NCBI GenBank assembly: GCA_963835625.1
Contig: CAWIGO010000010.1
Coordinates: forward strand, 127,626 to 191,625
DNA length: 64,000 nucleotides
Reading direction: 5' to 3'
Source of the DNA: an uncultured Verrucomicrobiae bacterium
Lineage (GTDB): Bacteria; Verrucomicrobiota; Verrucomicrobiia; Limisphaerales; UBA11358
Part shown: one piece after another, positions 28,091-37,757 of the stretch
Numbering within the stretch: position 1 is the stretch's first letter
Layout of the letters: the number at the start of each line of letters is the position of its first letter
Translations under genes and position numbers: made by a program
Notes under the pieces: generated by a model
Seen by the model: the letters and a program-made list of their open reading frames with translations, nothing else
The model's database searches: none
What the model was told of the DNA's origin: nothing

Positions 28091-28211
28091 TTTTAACCGG
28101 TGGAAAGAAACACCATTCCAAGGCGTTTGTCAAACAAGTTTTTTTATAAGGAAAAAATAAGATTTCTCAGGCTTGTCGCGCAGCGGGGTGATGGTAAATT
28201 GATCTCAAAGT

Positions 28212-29207
28212 ATGAGCGACCAATTACGGATGGTCACGTGCGGATGGTGCGAGACAAAAGTCTTCGTCCCCAGCGATCTCGCGCCGCTGGCCACCACGCC
28301 GTGCAACAAGTGCGGACATTCGATTATGGTGCCGATGCAGCTGCGGCAATTTGAACTGCGCAGCATCATCGGCTCCGGAGGCATGGGCAACGTGTATCGC
28401 GGTTGGGACACGATGCTGGAACGGCTCGTGGCGGTGAAATTGATGAAAAAGGAGTTGTCCCAAGACCTGAAGGCGATGGAAAGTTTTTATCGTGAAGCCC
28501 GATCCTGCGCCCGGCTCAACCACACGAACATCATCCACATTTACACCTTTGACGAATGGGAGGGACGACGGTATCTCGTGATGGAATTAGCCGACCGTGG
28601 CAGTCTGGATGCGCGCATCGAAAAATTGCACGTGCTGCCGGAAGTCGACGTGCTCGACATCGGGATCAAAATCGCCTCGGCCCTCGACATGGCGCTCAAA
28701 TACGATTTGCTTCATCGCGACATCAAGCCCGGCAATATTTTGTTCAACGCGGATCATGAACCGAAGCTGGTGGATTTTGGCCTTGCGCAAGCAGCTGGCA
28801 CGAAACAGGAAATGGGGGATGTGACCTGGGGCACGCCGTATTATGTTGCACCGGAAAAAATCAAACGTGAGCCGGAAACATTCCTCTCAGACATGTATAG
28901 CCTCGGTGCGACTCTTTATCATGCGATGACCGGTCACACGCCCTTTGAAGCGCCGACAGTCGAGGACCTCATCGCCGCCCAGGTGCAAACGCCACTGACG
29001 CCGCCGAACCTCGTCGTGCCTGATATCACACAACCCACCAGCGACGCATTGGTGCAGGCGCTGGCGAAAAATCCGGCAGACCGTTTTCTGAGTTATGACG
29101 AATTCATCATGGCGTTGACAGCGGCGCGCAGCCAGTTGCTCATCAAGCAATCTCAAATGCCGCAGCCAAAGGCCAAGAGCTTTACCGGTTGGTGGAAGCG
29201 GCAATAA
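28212..29207 (+). CDS. Ser/Thr protein kinase with N-terminal CxxC…CxxC zinc ribbon
   Basis: CGWCETKV…CNKCGH is followed by Hanks motifs GSGGMGNVYRG, VAVKLM, HRDIKPGNILF, DFGLA and GTPYYVAPE. No TM or sensor domain is seen. Confidence 0.85.
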   Translation: MSDQLRMVTCGWCETKVFVPSDLAPLATTPCNKCGHSIMVPMQLRQFELRSIIGSGGMGNVYRGWDTMLERLVAVKLMKKELSQDLKAMESFYREARSCARLNHTNIIHIYTFDEWEGRRYLVMELADRGSLDARIEKLHVLPEVDVLDIGIKIASALDMALKYDLLHRDIKPGNILFNADHEPKLVDFGLAQAAGTKQEMGDVTWGTPYYVAPEKIKREPETFLSDMYSLGATLYHAMTGHTPFEAPTVEDLIAAQVQTPLTPPNLVVPDITQPTSDALVQALAKNPADRFLSYDEFIMALTAARSQLLIKQSQMPQPKAKSFTGWWKRQ

Positions 29208-29231
29208 AAAAGGCGGGCGCTGCCGCCCGCC
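29205..29231 (-). terminator. Hairpin GGCGGGCG-CTGC-CGCCCGCC with T-run on the minus strand
   Basis: It lies between the convergent kinase gene and 29257..29655. The A-run on the + strand (29205..29211) gives the U-tail for the minus-strand transcript. Confidence 0.6.
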
Positions 29232-29256
29232 CTGAATTCAGGGAAACTTCGGAGGA

Positions 29257-29655
29257 CTAATTGTTCGAGCTTTCCTTCTTTTGTTTCTCCCCACTCTTGA
29301 CGCCGAAATGCACAGTGACAGCGTTGTATTTGCCGTCATCGGTCTTCTTGTAAGAGCCGGAAACGGGCTGACCGACCACGCCATCCGACAAGGTCGCCGG
29401 CTGGCCGTCCTTGGTAATCTTGGTGTCGGGCGTGACTTGCAGCGTGAGTGTGCCCACCGTCAGCGTCATCGCCTTCGTGTCCACTGCGCTCAGCTTGCCG
29501 TTGAAGGGCGGGTTGTGTTTCTTGGGCTTGGCAGGCGCGGTTTGATTGGGTGACGCCGGCGCGTTACTGTCTTGCGCGCGCGACAACACGGGCATCGCAA
29601 CGAGCGCGGCAGCGAAAAGACTTAAGGTTGTGATTTTAGCAATTTTCTTTGTCAT
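29257..29655 (-). CDS. Secreted hypothetical protein (132 aa)
   Basis: Signal peptide MTKKIAKITTLSLFAAALVAMPVLSRAQ, a beta-rich core and a Lys-rich tail. No family recognised. Confidence 0.6.
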   Translation of the reverse strand: MTKKIAKITTLSLFAAALVAMPVLSRAQDSNAPASPNQTAPAKPKKHNPPFNGKLSAVDTKAMTLTVGTLTLQVTPDTKITKDGQPATLSDGVVGQPVSGSYKKTDDGKYNAVTVHFGVKSGEKQKKESSNN

Positions 29656-29738
29656 GATGGTTGATGGTTTGTTGTTTGGTTATTCGTCACAAAAGACGAT
29701 AGCAGGATAAGAATTGGTTTCAACCATTTTAATAATTT

Positions 29739-30251
29739 TTACCAAGTTCCCTCCGTCAGCAGTTCCGCAACATTACGCGCCAAATCCTCCGCGAGCAACG
29801 GGAGGGATTGACGCTCCGTGTCCGTCAAATCCCCGCCGACTTGGACAAGTGCATAACCGTTCACATCCTTGTCGAGCAACACCCTGCCCGTGTCGCGCGA
29901 GCGAGCGGTGACATGCGCGGTAATGTCAACGCGGTAATCCTGCGGCGTGGCAACGTCCGAATTCAAAAAACTCAAGCCTTTGCGGCTGTAACGTGTGATG
30001 ACGCCGGTGACGACAATGTCGCCAGGACCGCGTGTGACGAGATGATACGTGCCGTCGGTTTGCAACCGTTCGCGCAACGCCTGCGTTACCGAGTCGCCCA
30101 GGTGCGGTTGAAGCGTTTGATTGTTGAAAGGCAAAATTTCAATGGTTTTTTCGCCCGCGACAGCGCCGTTGACCGGCCCGAGATGATAACCGGCACAACC
30201 GGTCAGCAACCCAGTCATCGTGGAAACAGCGAGGAATTGGAGCAGGCGCAT
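29739..30251 (-). CDS. LptE-like outer-membrane lipoprotein
   Basis: The ATG at 30251 gives MRLLQFLAVSTMTGLLTGCAGY (lipobox). Size and pattern (ILPFNNQT…, VVTGVITRY…) fit LptE/RlpB-like proteins. It directly follows bamD. The longer tracked ORF overlaps bamD. Confidence 0.6.
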   Translation of the reverse strand: MRLLQFLAVSTMTGLLTGCAGYHLGPVNGAVAGEKTIEILPFNNQTLQPHLGDSVTQALRERLQTDGTYHLVTRGPGDIVVTGVITRYSRKGLSFLNSDVATPQDYRVDITAHVTARSRDTGRVLLDKDVNGYALVQVGGDLTDTERQSLPLLAEDLARNVAELLTEGTW

Positions 30252-30252
30252 T

Positions 30253-31239
30253 TCAGTTGGCCGGCGCTTCAAGGCGCGGCTTGAGGGCCTGAATACGCTC
30301 GCGCGCCCGCGCGGCGTAGGAGGAATTAGGATCGAGCTGCAACACTTCATTGTAATAAACCAGCGCGCCGTTCCATTTTTTGCTTTTTTCGTAAAATCGC
30401 GCGATTTCATAATTACCACGCACCTGTTCCGCTTTAAGCACGGCAATGGCCTTTCGCGCCTGCGGAACGCGCTTATCGTCTGGATAAAGCGTGATGAAAT
30501 CGGTGAAAGCCGCGACCGCCTGCACGGCGGCACTTTGATCGTATTCGGCGGTGTCCGCCTGTTTCTGATGCGAAACACCTTCGTCGAACAACGCGTCGGA
30601 GGCAATCGCCGGCTGGCCGTGATAGCGGTCAGCGGCAATCTCGTAGGCTTTCACCGCGGCGGGAAAATCCTTCTGTTTTTCGCGCGCCGCGCCAATGCGC
30701 AATTGCGCGCGTGGCGCAACATCGCTGTAAGGACCGTTCTCAACGATTTTGTCAAACATGTCCGCTGTTTTATCCATCGAATGGTAAAGCGGAATATAAC
30801 CCCAGAGTTTGAACCATTCGCCGCCAAGGAAACGGTCGGCGATTTGGTATTGGCGCCACAGCACGTCTTCGTATTCAGCGCTCTTGGGGTATTTTTCAAC
30901 GATGACCTGATAAGCGTTGAAAGCCTCTTCGTCCTTGCCCATCACTTCGAGACAACGACCGACGAGGTATTGCGCGCGCGGAGCGTAATCAGAAAGCGGC
31001 CATACGCGGACGATGCGGTGCGCAGCCCGCAGCGCGAGGCCGTAATCACGATTGTCAAACGCCTGCTGCGCCACATCCAATTGATCTTTGGCGCGGGCAC
31101 GCTGCCACTTGGTGCTTTCCCCGTAAGATTCGTAATACCACCCTTCACCCGGCGTGTAAGTCAGCGGCGCTGGCGAGCGGAATGGAAACAACACCACACA
31201 CGCAACAACCACAAACAGAACAACGAACCGGCGATTCAT
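30253..31239 (-). CDS. bamD: Outer-membrane protein assembly factor BamD-like TPR protein
   Basis: The ATG at 31239 gives a signal/anchor. TPR-like repeats follow, with YAPRAQYLVGRC…, YSDVAPRAQLRIG… and LYPDDKRVPQARKAI…, typical of BamD/YfiO. Confidence 0.75.
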   Translation of the reverse strand: MNRRFVVLFVVVACVVLFPFRSPAPLTYTPGEGWYYESYGESTKWQRARAKDQLDVAQQAFDNRDYGLALRAAHRIVRVWPLSDYAPRAQYLVGRCLEVMGKDEEAFNAYQVIVEKYPKSAEYEDVLWRQYQIADRFLGGEWFKLWGYIPLYHSMDKTADMFDKIVENGPYSDVAPRAQLRIGAAREKQKDFPAAVKAYEIAADRYHGQPAIASDALFDEGVSHQKQADTAEYDQSAAVQAVAAFTDFITLYPDDKRVPQARKAIAVLKAEQVRGNYEIARFYEKSKKWNGALVYYNEVLQLDPNSSYAARARERIQALKPRLEAPAN

Positions 31240-31290
31240 ACTGCGACAGTAATAAGCCACATCCGGTGAGTCAAGGCGCACAGAGATCAA

Positions 31291-31785
31291 TCATCCCCGA
31301 TAAACAATCAACACGCCGAAATCCATCATTATTTTTTGCGTGCCGACGTCGAGAAAGTTGTAGGTAGTCATGTGAATGCCAATAAGATTGGTCTCGCCAA
31401 TTTCATTCAAAAAATCCGTTACTTTCTCGTCAAATTTGTCATGGCCGAACTCAACACAACCTGCATGACGGATGGTGCGAACACGTATCTTTTTGTCGGC
31501 ACTTTTGGTGACGACCGCCGTCGGTTGTGCTTTTTTTACCAATGACTCGCCCGGCTTGTCACGCAACGGTACTTTAAGATGTTTTTCTATTTTCGCGGCC
31601 GCGGACGATGTGATGGGATTGACAGGCTGGCCGGTGATAATGGTTCCCCCGGGAGCCGGCTTTGTGGATTCTTGCGGAATCGTAATTGTCTCGCCGCACG
31701 ACGGGCATTCGATTTCCGTGCCGGCTCCGGCACTGTCCACCGCCAGTTCCTGTCCGCATTTGGGGCAATCAAAAATGATGTCCAT
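31291..31785 (-). CDS. Zinc-ribbon protein with uncharacterised C-terminal domain
   Basis: MDIIFDCPKCGQELAVDSAGAGTEIECPSCGETITIP (CPxC…CPxC), a linker, then a roughly 60-aa globular C-terminus. Confidence 0.6.
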   Translation of the reverse strand: MDIIFDCPKCGQELAVDSAGAGTEIECPSCGETITIPQESTKPAPGGTIITGQPVNPITSSAAAKIEKHLKVPLRDKPGESLVKKAQPTAVVTKSADKKIRVRTIRHAGCVEFGHDKFDEKVTDFLNEIGETNLIGIHMTTYNFLDVGTQKIMMDFGVLIVYRG

Positions 31786-31866
31786 AAGCCGCTCTGGTTT
31801 GACCGTGTGCTGAGTCTAATCCCACGCTGTAACGAAAACCAGCAAAAAATTGCATGTTGGAGAAAA

Positions 31867-33408
31867 TCACTCCCACTCAATGGTCCCCGGCGGTTTGCTG
31901 GTGATGTCGAACACGCAGCGGTTCACGCCTTTGACCTCGTTGATGATGCGGCTGGCGAGTTTCTCCAAAAGTTCATACGGCAGCTTCACCCAGTCCGCTG
32001 TCATGCCGTCCTGTGATTCCACCGCGCGGATGGCGATGGTGTAATCGTAAGTCCGCTCGTCACCCATCACGCCCACGCTGCGAACGGGCAGCAAAACCGC
32101 AAAACTCTGCCAGATTCTGTAATACCACCCGCTGTTCTTCATTTCTTCCACGACAATGCTGTCCGCGTTGCGGAGAATTTCCAGACGCGGCGGCGTGACT
32201 TCGCCGAGGATGCGCACGGCCAAGCCCGGGCCGGGGAACGGCTGGCGCAAAACAATTTCGCGCGGCAGGCCGAGTTCGAGTCCAAGCTTGCGCACTTCGT
32301 CCTTGAACAGGCATTTCAACGGTTCAACCAGCGCAAACTTCATCCTCTTCGGCAGCCCGCCGACATTGTGATGGCTCTTGATGAGCGCGGCGGGATTGCC
32401 GTCAATCGGCACGGACTCGATCACGTCGGGATAGAGCGTTCCTTGCGCGAGAAATTTCGCCTTGCCCGCGCGCCGGGCCGCATTCTGAAAAACTTCGATG
32501 AACGTTTTGCCGATGATCTTCCGTTTGCGTTCGGGATCGGTCACGCCTTTGAGCCGTTTCAAAAACAGCTTCGAGGCGTCTTCGTATTGCAGTTTGATTT
32601 TGAAATTGCGCCCGAAAACTTCCTGCACGACTTCCGCCTCGCGTCCGCGCAACAGGCCGTTGTTGACGAAAATGCAGGTCAGCTGGTCGCCGATGGCCTT
32701 GTGAATCAACGCCGCCGCGACGCTTGAATCCACGCCGCCGCTCAAACCGAGAATCACTTTTTCGCCGCCGACTTGCGCGCGAATTTCCTCAACGGCCCGC
32801 ATGATGTAACCGCGCATCGTCCAGTTTTTGCCGCAACCGCAAATGCCGTGGACGAAATTGGCGATGATTTCCCTGCCGCGCGGCGTGTGGACGACTTCGG
32901 GATGAAATTGCAGGCCGAAAAATTTCCGCGCGCGGTTTTCAATTGCCGCGTATTCGGAATTTTCCGTGACAGCGACCGGTTTGAAATCGCGCGGCAGTTT
33001 CGTGAGCTTGTCACCATGCGAGTTCCAGACTTGCAGGATTTCCGGCAGATTTGCAAACAGCGGGCAAAAATTGTCTGTCACGCGCAACGTGCCTTTGCCG
33101 TATTCGCGTTTGAGGCCTTTCTCGACCCTGCCACCAAGGAATTGCGCGAACAATTGCACGCCGTAACAAATTCCCAGCACCGGAATGCCGATCTCAAAAA
33201 TCTTTTGGTCGGGCAGCGGCGCATTTTTTGCATAAACGGACGACGGCCCGCCGGACAAAATGATTCCACGCGGCTTGAGCTTGGCGATTTCGCGCGCGGG
33301 CGTGTCGCAGCGCAGGATGACGGAATACACGTTGTGCTCGCGGACGCGGCGCGCGATGACCTGCGTGTATTGCGATCCAAAATCCAAAATGACGATTTGT
33401 TCATTCAT
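31867..33408 (-). CDS. guaA: GMP synthase (glutamine-hydrolysing)
   Basis: The ATG at 33408 gives [24 protein letters not shown], with GICYG (GATase), SGGVDSSV (PP-loop) and a C-terminal …PPGTIEWE. Confidence 0.95.
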   Translation of the reverse strand: MNEQIVILDFGSQYTQVIARRVREHNVYSVILRCDTPAREIAKLKPRGIILSGGPSSVYAKNAPLPDQKIFEIGIPVLGICYGVQLFAQFLGGRVEKGLKREYGKGTLRVTDNFCPLFANLPEILQVWNSHGDKLTKLPRDFKPVAVTENSEYAAIENRARKFFGLQFHPEVVHTPRGREIIANFVHGICGCGKNWTMRGYIMRAVEEIRAQVGGEKVILGLSGGVDSSVAAALIHKAIGDQLTCIFVNNGLLRGREAEVVQEVFGRNFKIKLQYEDASKLFLKRLKGVTDPERKRKIIGKTFIEVFQNAARRAGKAKFLAQGTLYPDVIESVPIDGNPAALIKSHHNVGGLPKRMKFALVEPLKCLFKDEVRKLGLELGLPREIVLRQPFPGPGLAVRILGEVTPPRLEILRNADSIVVEEMKNSGWYYRIWQSFAVLLPVRSVGVMGDERTYDYTIAIRAVESQDGMTADWVKLPYELLEKLASRIINEVKGVNRCVFDITSKPPGTIEWE

Positions 33409-33507
33409 GGAATCAAAGAACCGAGCTGTACCCTTTGCCTGTGCAGCGCATTTTTGGCGAGCAAAAAATGTTTTCACTCCGACCAGACTCGGCTAAACAA
33501 CACGCGC

Positions 33508-35205
33508 ATGATAGTTCCGACACCGCCTTCAGGCAAAGAGTGGTTGAACAAAATCTCCCGTTGGTTTGCGCTTCATCCTTATTGGGCACTGACGTTGGCT
33601 GTGCTGGCCGCACTTGGGCCGTTTCTGACCAAACCCTTCAACGTTGACGACCCACTTTTTATTTGGACCGCTCACCAAATCCAAGCGCACCCCGGCAATC
33701 CCTACGGCTTCAATGTGAACTGGTATGGAACCATGGAGCCGATGTGGTATGTAACGAGGAATCCGCCCCTAGCCTGTTATTATTTGGCGCTGGCAGCAGG
33801 GATTTTTGGCTGGGGCGAGACGGCGCTGCATTTCACGTTTTTGCTGCCGGCGGTGGCAGCGATTATAGGGGCATATCAGTTGGCACGCCGCTTTTGCAAT
33901 CACCCCATACTTGCGGCGCTCGTGACTTTGTTTACGCCGGTCTTCTTGATTTCGAGCACGACAGTAATGTGCGATGTGCCAATGTTGGCGTTCTGGGTTT
34001 GGGCCGTTGTGTTATGGGTCGACGGCACGAAACGAAACGACTTTGGACGACTGGCTGGCGCGGGGTTGTTAATCGCGCTGGCGGTATTGACCAAATACTT
34101 CGGCTTGTGCCTCGTTCCTCTGCTGGCTGCTTATAGCCTGATGAACCAACGCCGGCTGGGACGATGGACTGTGTATCTGCTGATTCCGTTGGCGGCACTT
34201 GGCGTTTATCAATTGGCCACATGGATGCTTTACGGGCATGAACTCATCTCCTTGTCGGCCAGTTACATTGTTTTTGCCAAGGGAATTTATCGGTTCTCAC
34301 GCATAGTGACAGGTTTGACGACGTTGACTTTCACAGGCGGATGTTTGGCTGGCGTGTTCTTTTTTGCGCCATTGTTCTGGCGGAGGCGAATGTGGACCGT
34401 GTGCCTCGCTGGAGCAGTCTTGCTTGCTTGGGCGTGTTTTTGGAACGGAGCCTGGTTGAAAACATATGTTTTGATTCCAGGCTCGTCTTGGGCGTTCGTG
34501 GAAATCCAAATGGTTTTCTGGGCCATCGGCGGCGTTGGTGTGCTGGCGCTGACCGTTGCGGATGTCTGGCGCTGGCGTGACGCGCGCGCGTGGTTGTTGG
34601 CGCTGTGGATATTCGGAACTTTCTTATTCACAGCGTTTTTCAACTGGACCGTCAATGGGCGTTCACTTTTGCCGATGGCTCCGGCGGTGGGAATATTGCT
34701 GGCGCGACACTTGGAACAAAAGGTTTTGGCGGGGCGAAAAGCATGGACGCGTGGTGTGGTGATTTGTTTTATCGCCGGCGCCGCGTTTGCTTTGCTGGCA
34801 ACGTGCGCGGATTTTCTTCTCGCCACCGCCGTCCGCCGGAGCGCGCAGCAGGTTTGCGCCAAATACGCGCGCGAATCGCGGATGCTATGGTTTCAAGGGC
34901 ATTGGGGATTCCAGTATTATATGAACGCTCTCGGCGCGTCGGCACTGGATTTCAAGCACTCCGCAATCAAGGCGGGCGACAATCTGGCCTTCCCCAGGAA
35001 CAATACAAATGTCTTTCCACCTTATCCTCAAAAAGTGACAACGCTGGATGTTTTCACCATTCCCGGACCGCACTTGCTTGCAACACTGAATGAAACCATC
35101 GGTGGGGGTTTTTACTCATCGGTTTTGGGCCCATTACCGTTTGCTTTTGGTCATGTGCCGCCCGAAAAAGTGTTCGTGGTTGCGCTGGAGCCCATCAACC
35201 CTTAA
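33508..35205 (+). CDS. GT39/ArnT-like membrane glycosyltransferase
   Basis: In-frame ATG at 33508. The product is polytopic, with an early DDPLFIW (DxD-like loop after TM1) and the LTKYFG pattern seen in PMT_2/ArnT-type enzymes. Confidence 0.7.
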   Translation: MIVPTPPSGKEWLNKISRWFALHPYWALTLAVLAALGPFLTKPFNVDDPLFIWTAHQIQAHPGNPYGFNVNWYGTMEPMWYVTRNPPLACYYLALAAGIFGWGETALHFTFLLPAVAAIIGAYQLARRFCNHPILAALVTLFTPVFLISSTTVMCDVPMLAFWVWAVVLWVDGTKRNDFGRLAGAGLLIALAVLTKYFGLCLVPLLAAYSLMNQRRLGRWTVYLLIPLAALGVYQLATWMLYGHELISLSASYIVFAKGIYRFSRIVTGLTTLTFTGGCLAGVFFFAPLFWRRRMWTVCLAGAVLLAWACFWNGAWLKTYVLIPGSSWAFVEIQMVFWAIGGVGVLALTVADVWRWRDARAWLLALWIFGTFLFTAFFNWTVNGRSLLPMAPAVGILLARHLEQKVLAGRKAWTRGVVICFIAGAAFALLATCADFLLATAVRRSAQQVCAKYARESRMLWFQGHWGFQYYMNALGASALDFKHSAIKAGDNLAFPRNNTNVFPPYPQKVTTLDVFTIPGPHLLATLNETIGGGFYSSVLGPLPFAFGHVPPEKVFVVALEPINP

Positions 35206-35236
35206 CGAAACGCCCCGGTCAGGTTGATTTTTTGTC

Positions 35237-35620
35237 TTACTGTTTCACCACTTTGACCGTTCCGGTGGCGGCGTCATAAACAATTTTGAAGCCGTAGGGT
35301 GCATTGGGTATCTTGCCGATGTAATTGGGCATGAGTTCATTGAGGTCTTTGGGATAACGACCCTCCATTGCGTTGAACTGCTGGATGGCCTCATTGAGAT
35401 ACGCAAGATCAATTTGCTTCTCCGAGTATTTTTTTGCCTGCGCCACCGCGCCGAGATAATCCACCGGCGCCGTGAGGGGATTGCCCGTGTTGTAATTCAC
35501 AGTGGTATTGGTGGAAGTAGCTGTTGAATTGGTGGTTTGAGCCTGTTTGCCGGAATTACTGCCACCGCAACCGGCCAGAAACAATCCGGCGGCGATCAAA
35601 ACCAAGAAAGATGTTTTCAT
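35237..35620 (-). CDS. Lipoprotein, hypothetical
   Basis: The lipobox is LFLAGCGG, followed by an S/T/N-rich linker. The C-terminal EGRYPKDLNELMPNYIGKIPNAPYGFKIVYD resembles pseudopilin-type C-terminal folds (weak). Confidence 0.55.
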   Translation of the reverse strand: MKTSFLVLIAAGLFLAGCGGSNSGKQAQTTNSTATSTNTTVNYNTGNPLTAPVDYLGAVAQAKKYSEKQIDLAYLNEAIQQFNAMEGRYPKDLNELMPNYIGKIPNAPYGFKIVYDAATGTVKVVKQ

Positions 35621-35666
35621 GCCGGCAACTTAAGCCAATCCCCCGAAAAATCCAAGCGTGACCCGG

Positions 35667-37700
35667 CTAAATTATTTGCGCCGCCAACTCTCGCGCCTGC
35701 CGGATCAAATCCAAATCCTCGGCCAGATTGCCGAAACGGAATTCCGGCAGGCCGCTTTGCCGCTGGCCGAGTAATTCGCCCGGCCCGCGCAATTTCAAGT
35801 CCACTTCGGCAATGCGAAACCCGTCCGTCGTCTCTTCCAAAACTTTCAATCGCCGCCCTGCGTCCTCATTCTTCGCGTCGGAAATCAAAATGCAGTGCGA
35901 TTCATGCGCGCCGCGCCCGATGCGCCCGCGTAACTGATGTAATTGCGCCAGCCCGAATCGCTCCGCATTTTCAACCAGCATGATCGTTGCGTTCGGCACA
36001 TCCAAACCCACTTCAACCAGCGTCGTCGCGACGAGCGCCTGAATTTGGTTCGCGCGAAACGCTGTCATTACTTCGTCCTTCTCCCGCCCTTTCAACCGGC
36101 CGTGCAGCAACCCGACACGGAATGGCGCGAGCAGCTTCTTCAAATTTTCGAATTCCTTCTTCACCGCTTTCAACCCGCCCGCGCCCGTATCTTCCACGCG
36201 CGGATAAACGACGTATGCCTGCCGTCCGGCAGCCAGTTTTTGGAGGATGAACTTCCAAACTTCCGGCAATTGTTCGGTCGTGCGCAAAAAAGTTTTTATC
36301 TGGCCGCGTCCACCGGGCATCTGGTTAATCACCGAAATGTCAAGGTCGCCGTAAAGCGTAAGGCCGAGCGTGCGCGGAATCGGTGTCGCCGTCATCACGA
36401 GCAAATGCGGATAGCGGCCTTTGCGCACGATTTGTTCGCGCTGTGCCACGCCAAACTTGTGCTGCTCGTCAATGATGACCAAACCCAATTTCTCCAATAC
36501 AAATCCCGACTCGATGAGGGCGTGAGTTCCAATCACAAGCGTCCTGCTGTTTGCCTCCTGCTCCTTGCCTTTCCCATGCGAACCGGTTTGCAGCCCCACC
36601 TTGACGCCAAGCGGTCCAAACCAGCGCGAAAAATTGTTGAAATGTTGTTCCGCAAGAACTTCCGTCGGTGCCATGAGCGCAACGTTATAGCCGCTTTCCA
36701 AAGCCATGAGCGCCGCACAGGCGGCAACCACCGTCTTGCCTGAACCGACGTCGCCTTGCAGCAGCCGCCGCATCGGATGCGCCCCGCTCATGTCCGCCCG
36801 GATTTCGCGGAGAACTTTCGTCTGGGCGTCGGTGAGCTTGAAGCCGAGCCGTGCCAGAAACGGCTTCATCAAACGATTGTCACCACCGCACGGTAATGCG
36901 CGCGATTTGACCTCGAAATTTTTCCGGCGAAGCTGCATGTCACGCTGCAACGCAACGAATTCATCCAGCGCCAGCCGACGCCGCGCGAGTTCCACGTCGG
37001 CCAGTTCTTCGGGAAAATGAATCGTGCGAATCGCGTTGGCGCGTGTCGGAAAGGGGTGGGGCGCGCAGTCCTCTGCGCGCCGTATGCCTGGCTTGCCGGA
37101 CGGCGCGGTAGGGACACCGCGCCCTACCTGTTTCGGCCACGGCTCGGCGATTTGTGTTTCAAATTTTCCCAACGTCCGCCAGATGAGCCCGCGCAACCAG
37201 CGTTGCGGCAGGCCTTCGGTGAGCGGATACACCGGCGCGATGCGGTTGATGTGGATGAAGCTCTCCTCGCCGCCCTCGATGACTTCGGTTTCGGGATGGT
37301 CCATGATGCGCGGTTTGGTTTCATTGAGCTTGCCGTAAACGAAAATCTCGTCGCCAACCGCAAAATAATTTTGCATGAACGGCAGATTCCACCACCGGCA
37401 ATGCAACCAGGCGCTACCATCATCGAGAATGATTTCAAAAACGGATTTGTTGCCGCCGCGAAAACGTCTGAGGCCGAGCGCGACAATTGTGCCGCGCGCC
37501 GTGGCCGGTTCATCCTTCGCCAATTCGGCGATTTTGCGGAAATGCCTGCGGTCCTCGTAACGCCGCGGCCGATGCAGCAACAAATCCTCAATGGTGTGAA
37601 TGTCGAGGCGTGCGAGTTGCGCCGCGCGTTCCGCGCCGACACCCCAGAGCGAAGTTACCGGTGCCGTAAGTGGGGAAATTTTTGTTTTCGACGGCAACAT
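35667..37700 (-). CDS. recG: ATP-dependent DNA helicase RecG
   Basis: The wedge-domain N-terminus is LWGVGAERAAQLARLDIHTIEDLLLHRPRRYEDRR. Helicase motifs are GDVGSGKT, DEQHKFG and TATPIPRT. ATG 37700 is preferred, with GTG 37721 as an alternative. Carries the element at 37053..37128. Confidence 0.9.
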   Translation of the reverse strand: MLPSKTKISPLTAPVTSLWGVGAERAAQLARLDIHTIEDLLLHRPRRYEDRRHFRKIAELAKDEPATARGTIVALGLRRFRGGNKSVFEIILDDGSAWLHCRWWNLPFMQNYFAVGDEIFVYGKLNETKPRIMDHPETEVIEGGEESFIHINRIAPVYPLTEGLPQRWLRGLIWRTLGKFETQIAEPWPKQVGRGVPTAPSGKPGIRRAEDCAPHPFPTRANAIRTIHFPEELADVELARRRLALDEFVALQRDMQLRRKNFEVKSRALPCGGDNRLMKPFLARLGFKLTDAQTKVLREIRADMSGAHPMRRLLQGDVGSGKTVVAACAALMALESGYNVALMAPTEVLAEQHFNNFSRWFGPLGVKVGLQTGSHGKGKEQEANSRTLVIGTHALIESGFVLEKLGLVIIDEQHKFGVAQREQIVRKGRYPHLLVMTATPIPRTLGLTLYGDLDISVINQMPGGRGQIKTFLRTTEQLPEVWKFILQKLAAGRQAYVVYPRVEDTGAGGLKAVKKEFENLKKLLAPFRVGLLHGRLKGREKDEVMTAFRANQIQALVATTLVEVGLDVPNATIMLVENAERFGLAQLHQLRGRIGRGAHESHCILISDAKNEDAGRRLKVLEETTDGFRIAEVDLKLRGPGELLGQRQSGLPEFRFGNLAEDLDLIRQARELAAQII
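37053..37128. repeat. GC-rich double-hairpin element inside the recG coding sequence
   Basis: The hairpins are GGCGCGCAG-TCCT-CTGCGCGCC (37060..37081) and GGCGCGGT-AGGGAC-ACCGCGCC (37102..37123). The second overlaps GTAGGG…CCCTAC (37108..37127). The element encodes …VGRGVPTAPSGKPGIRRAEDCAPHPF…. Confidence 0.8.
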
Positions 37701-37757
37701 CGGCAGCACGATACAAACCACCTAAAACCGCTTCAACGGGAAAGCGGCAGGGAAAAA

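Noticed and set aside
30252-30638. N-terminal extension of the LptE-like ORF (299-aa tracked version)
   Set aside because: The extension overlaps the 3' end of bamD in another frame and is Arg/Pro-rich. A lipoprotein signal peptide begins exactly at the ATG at 30251.
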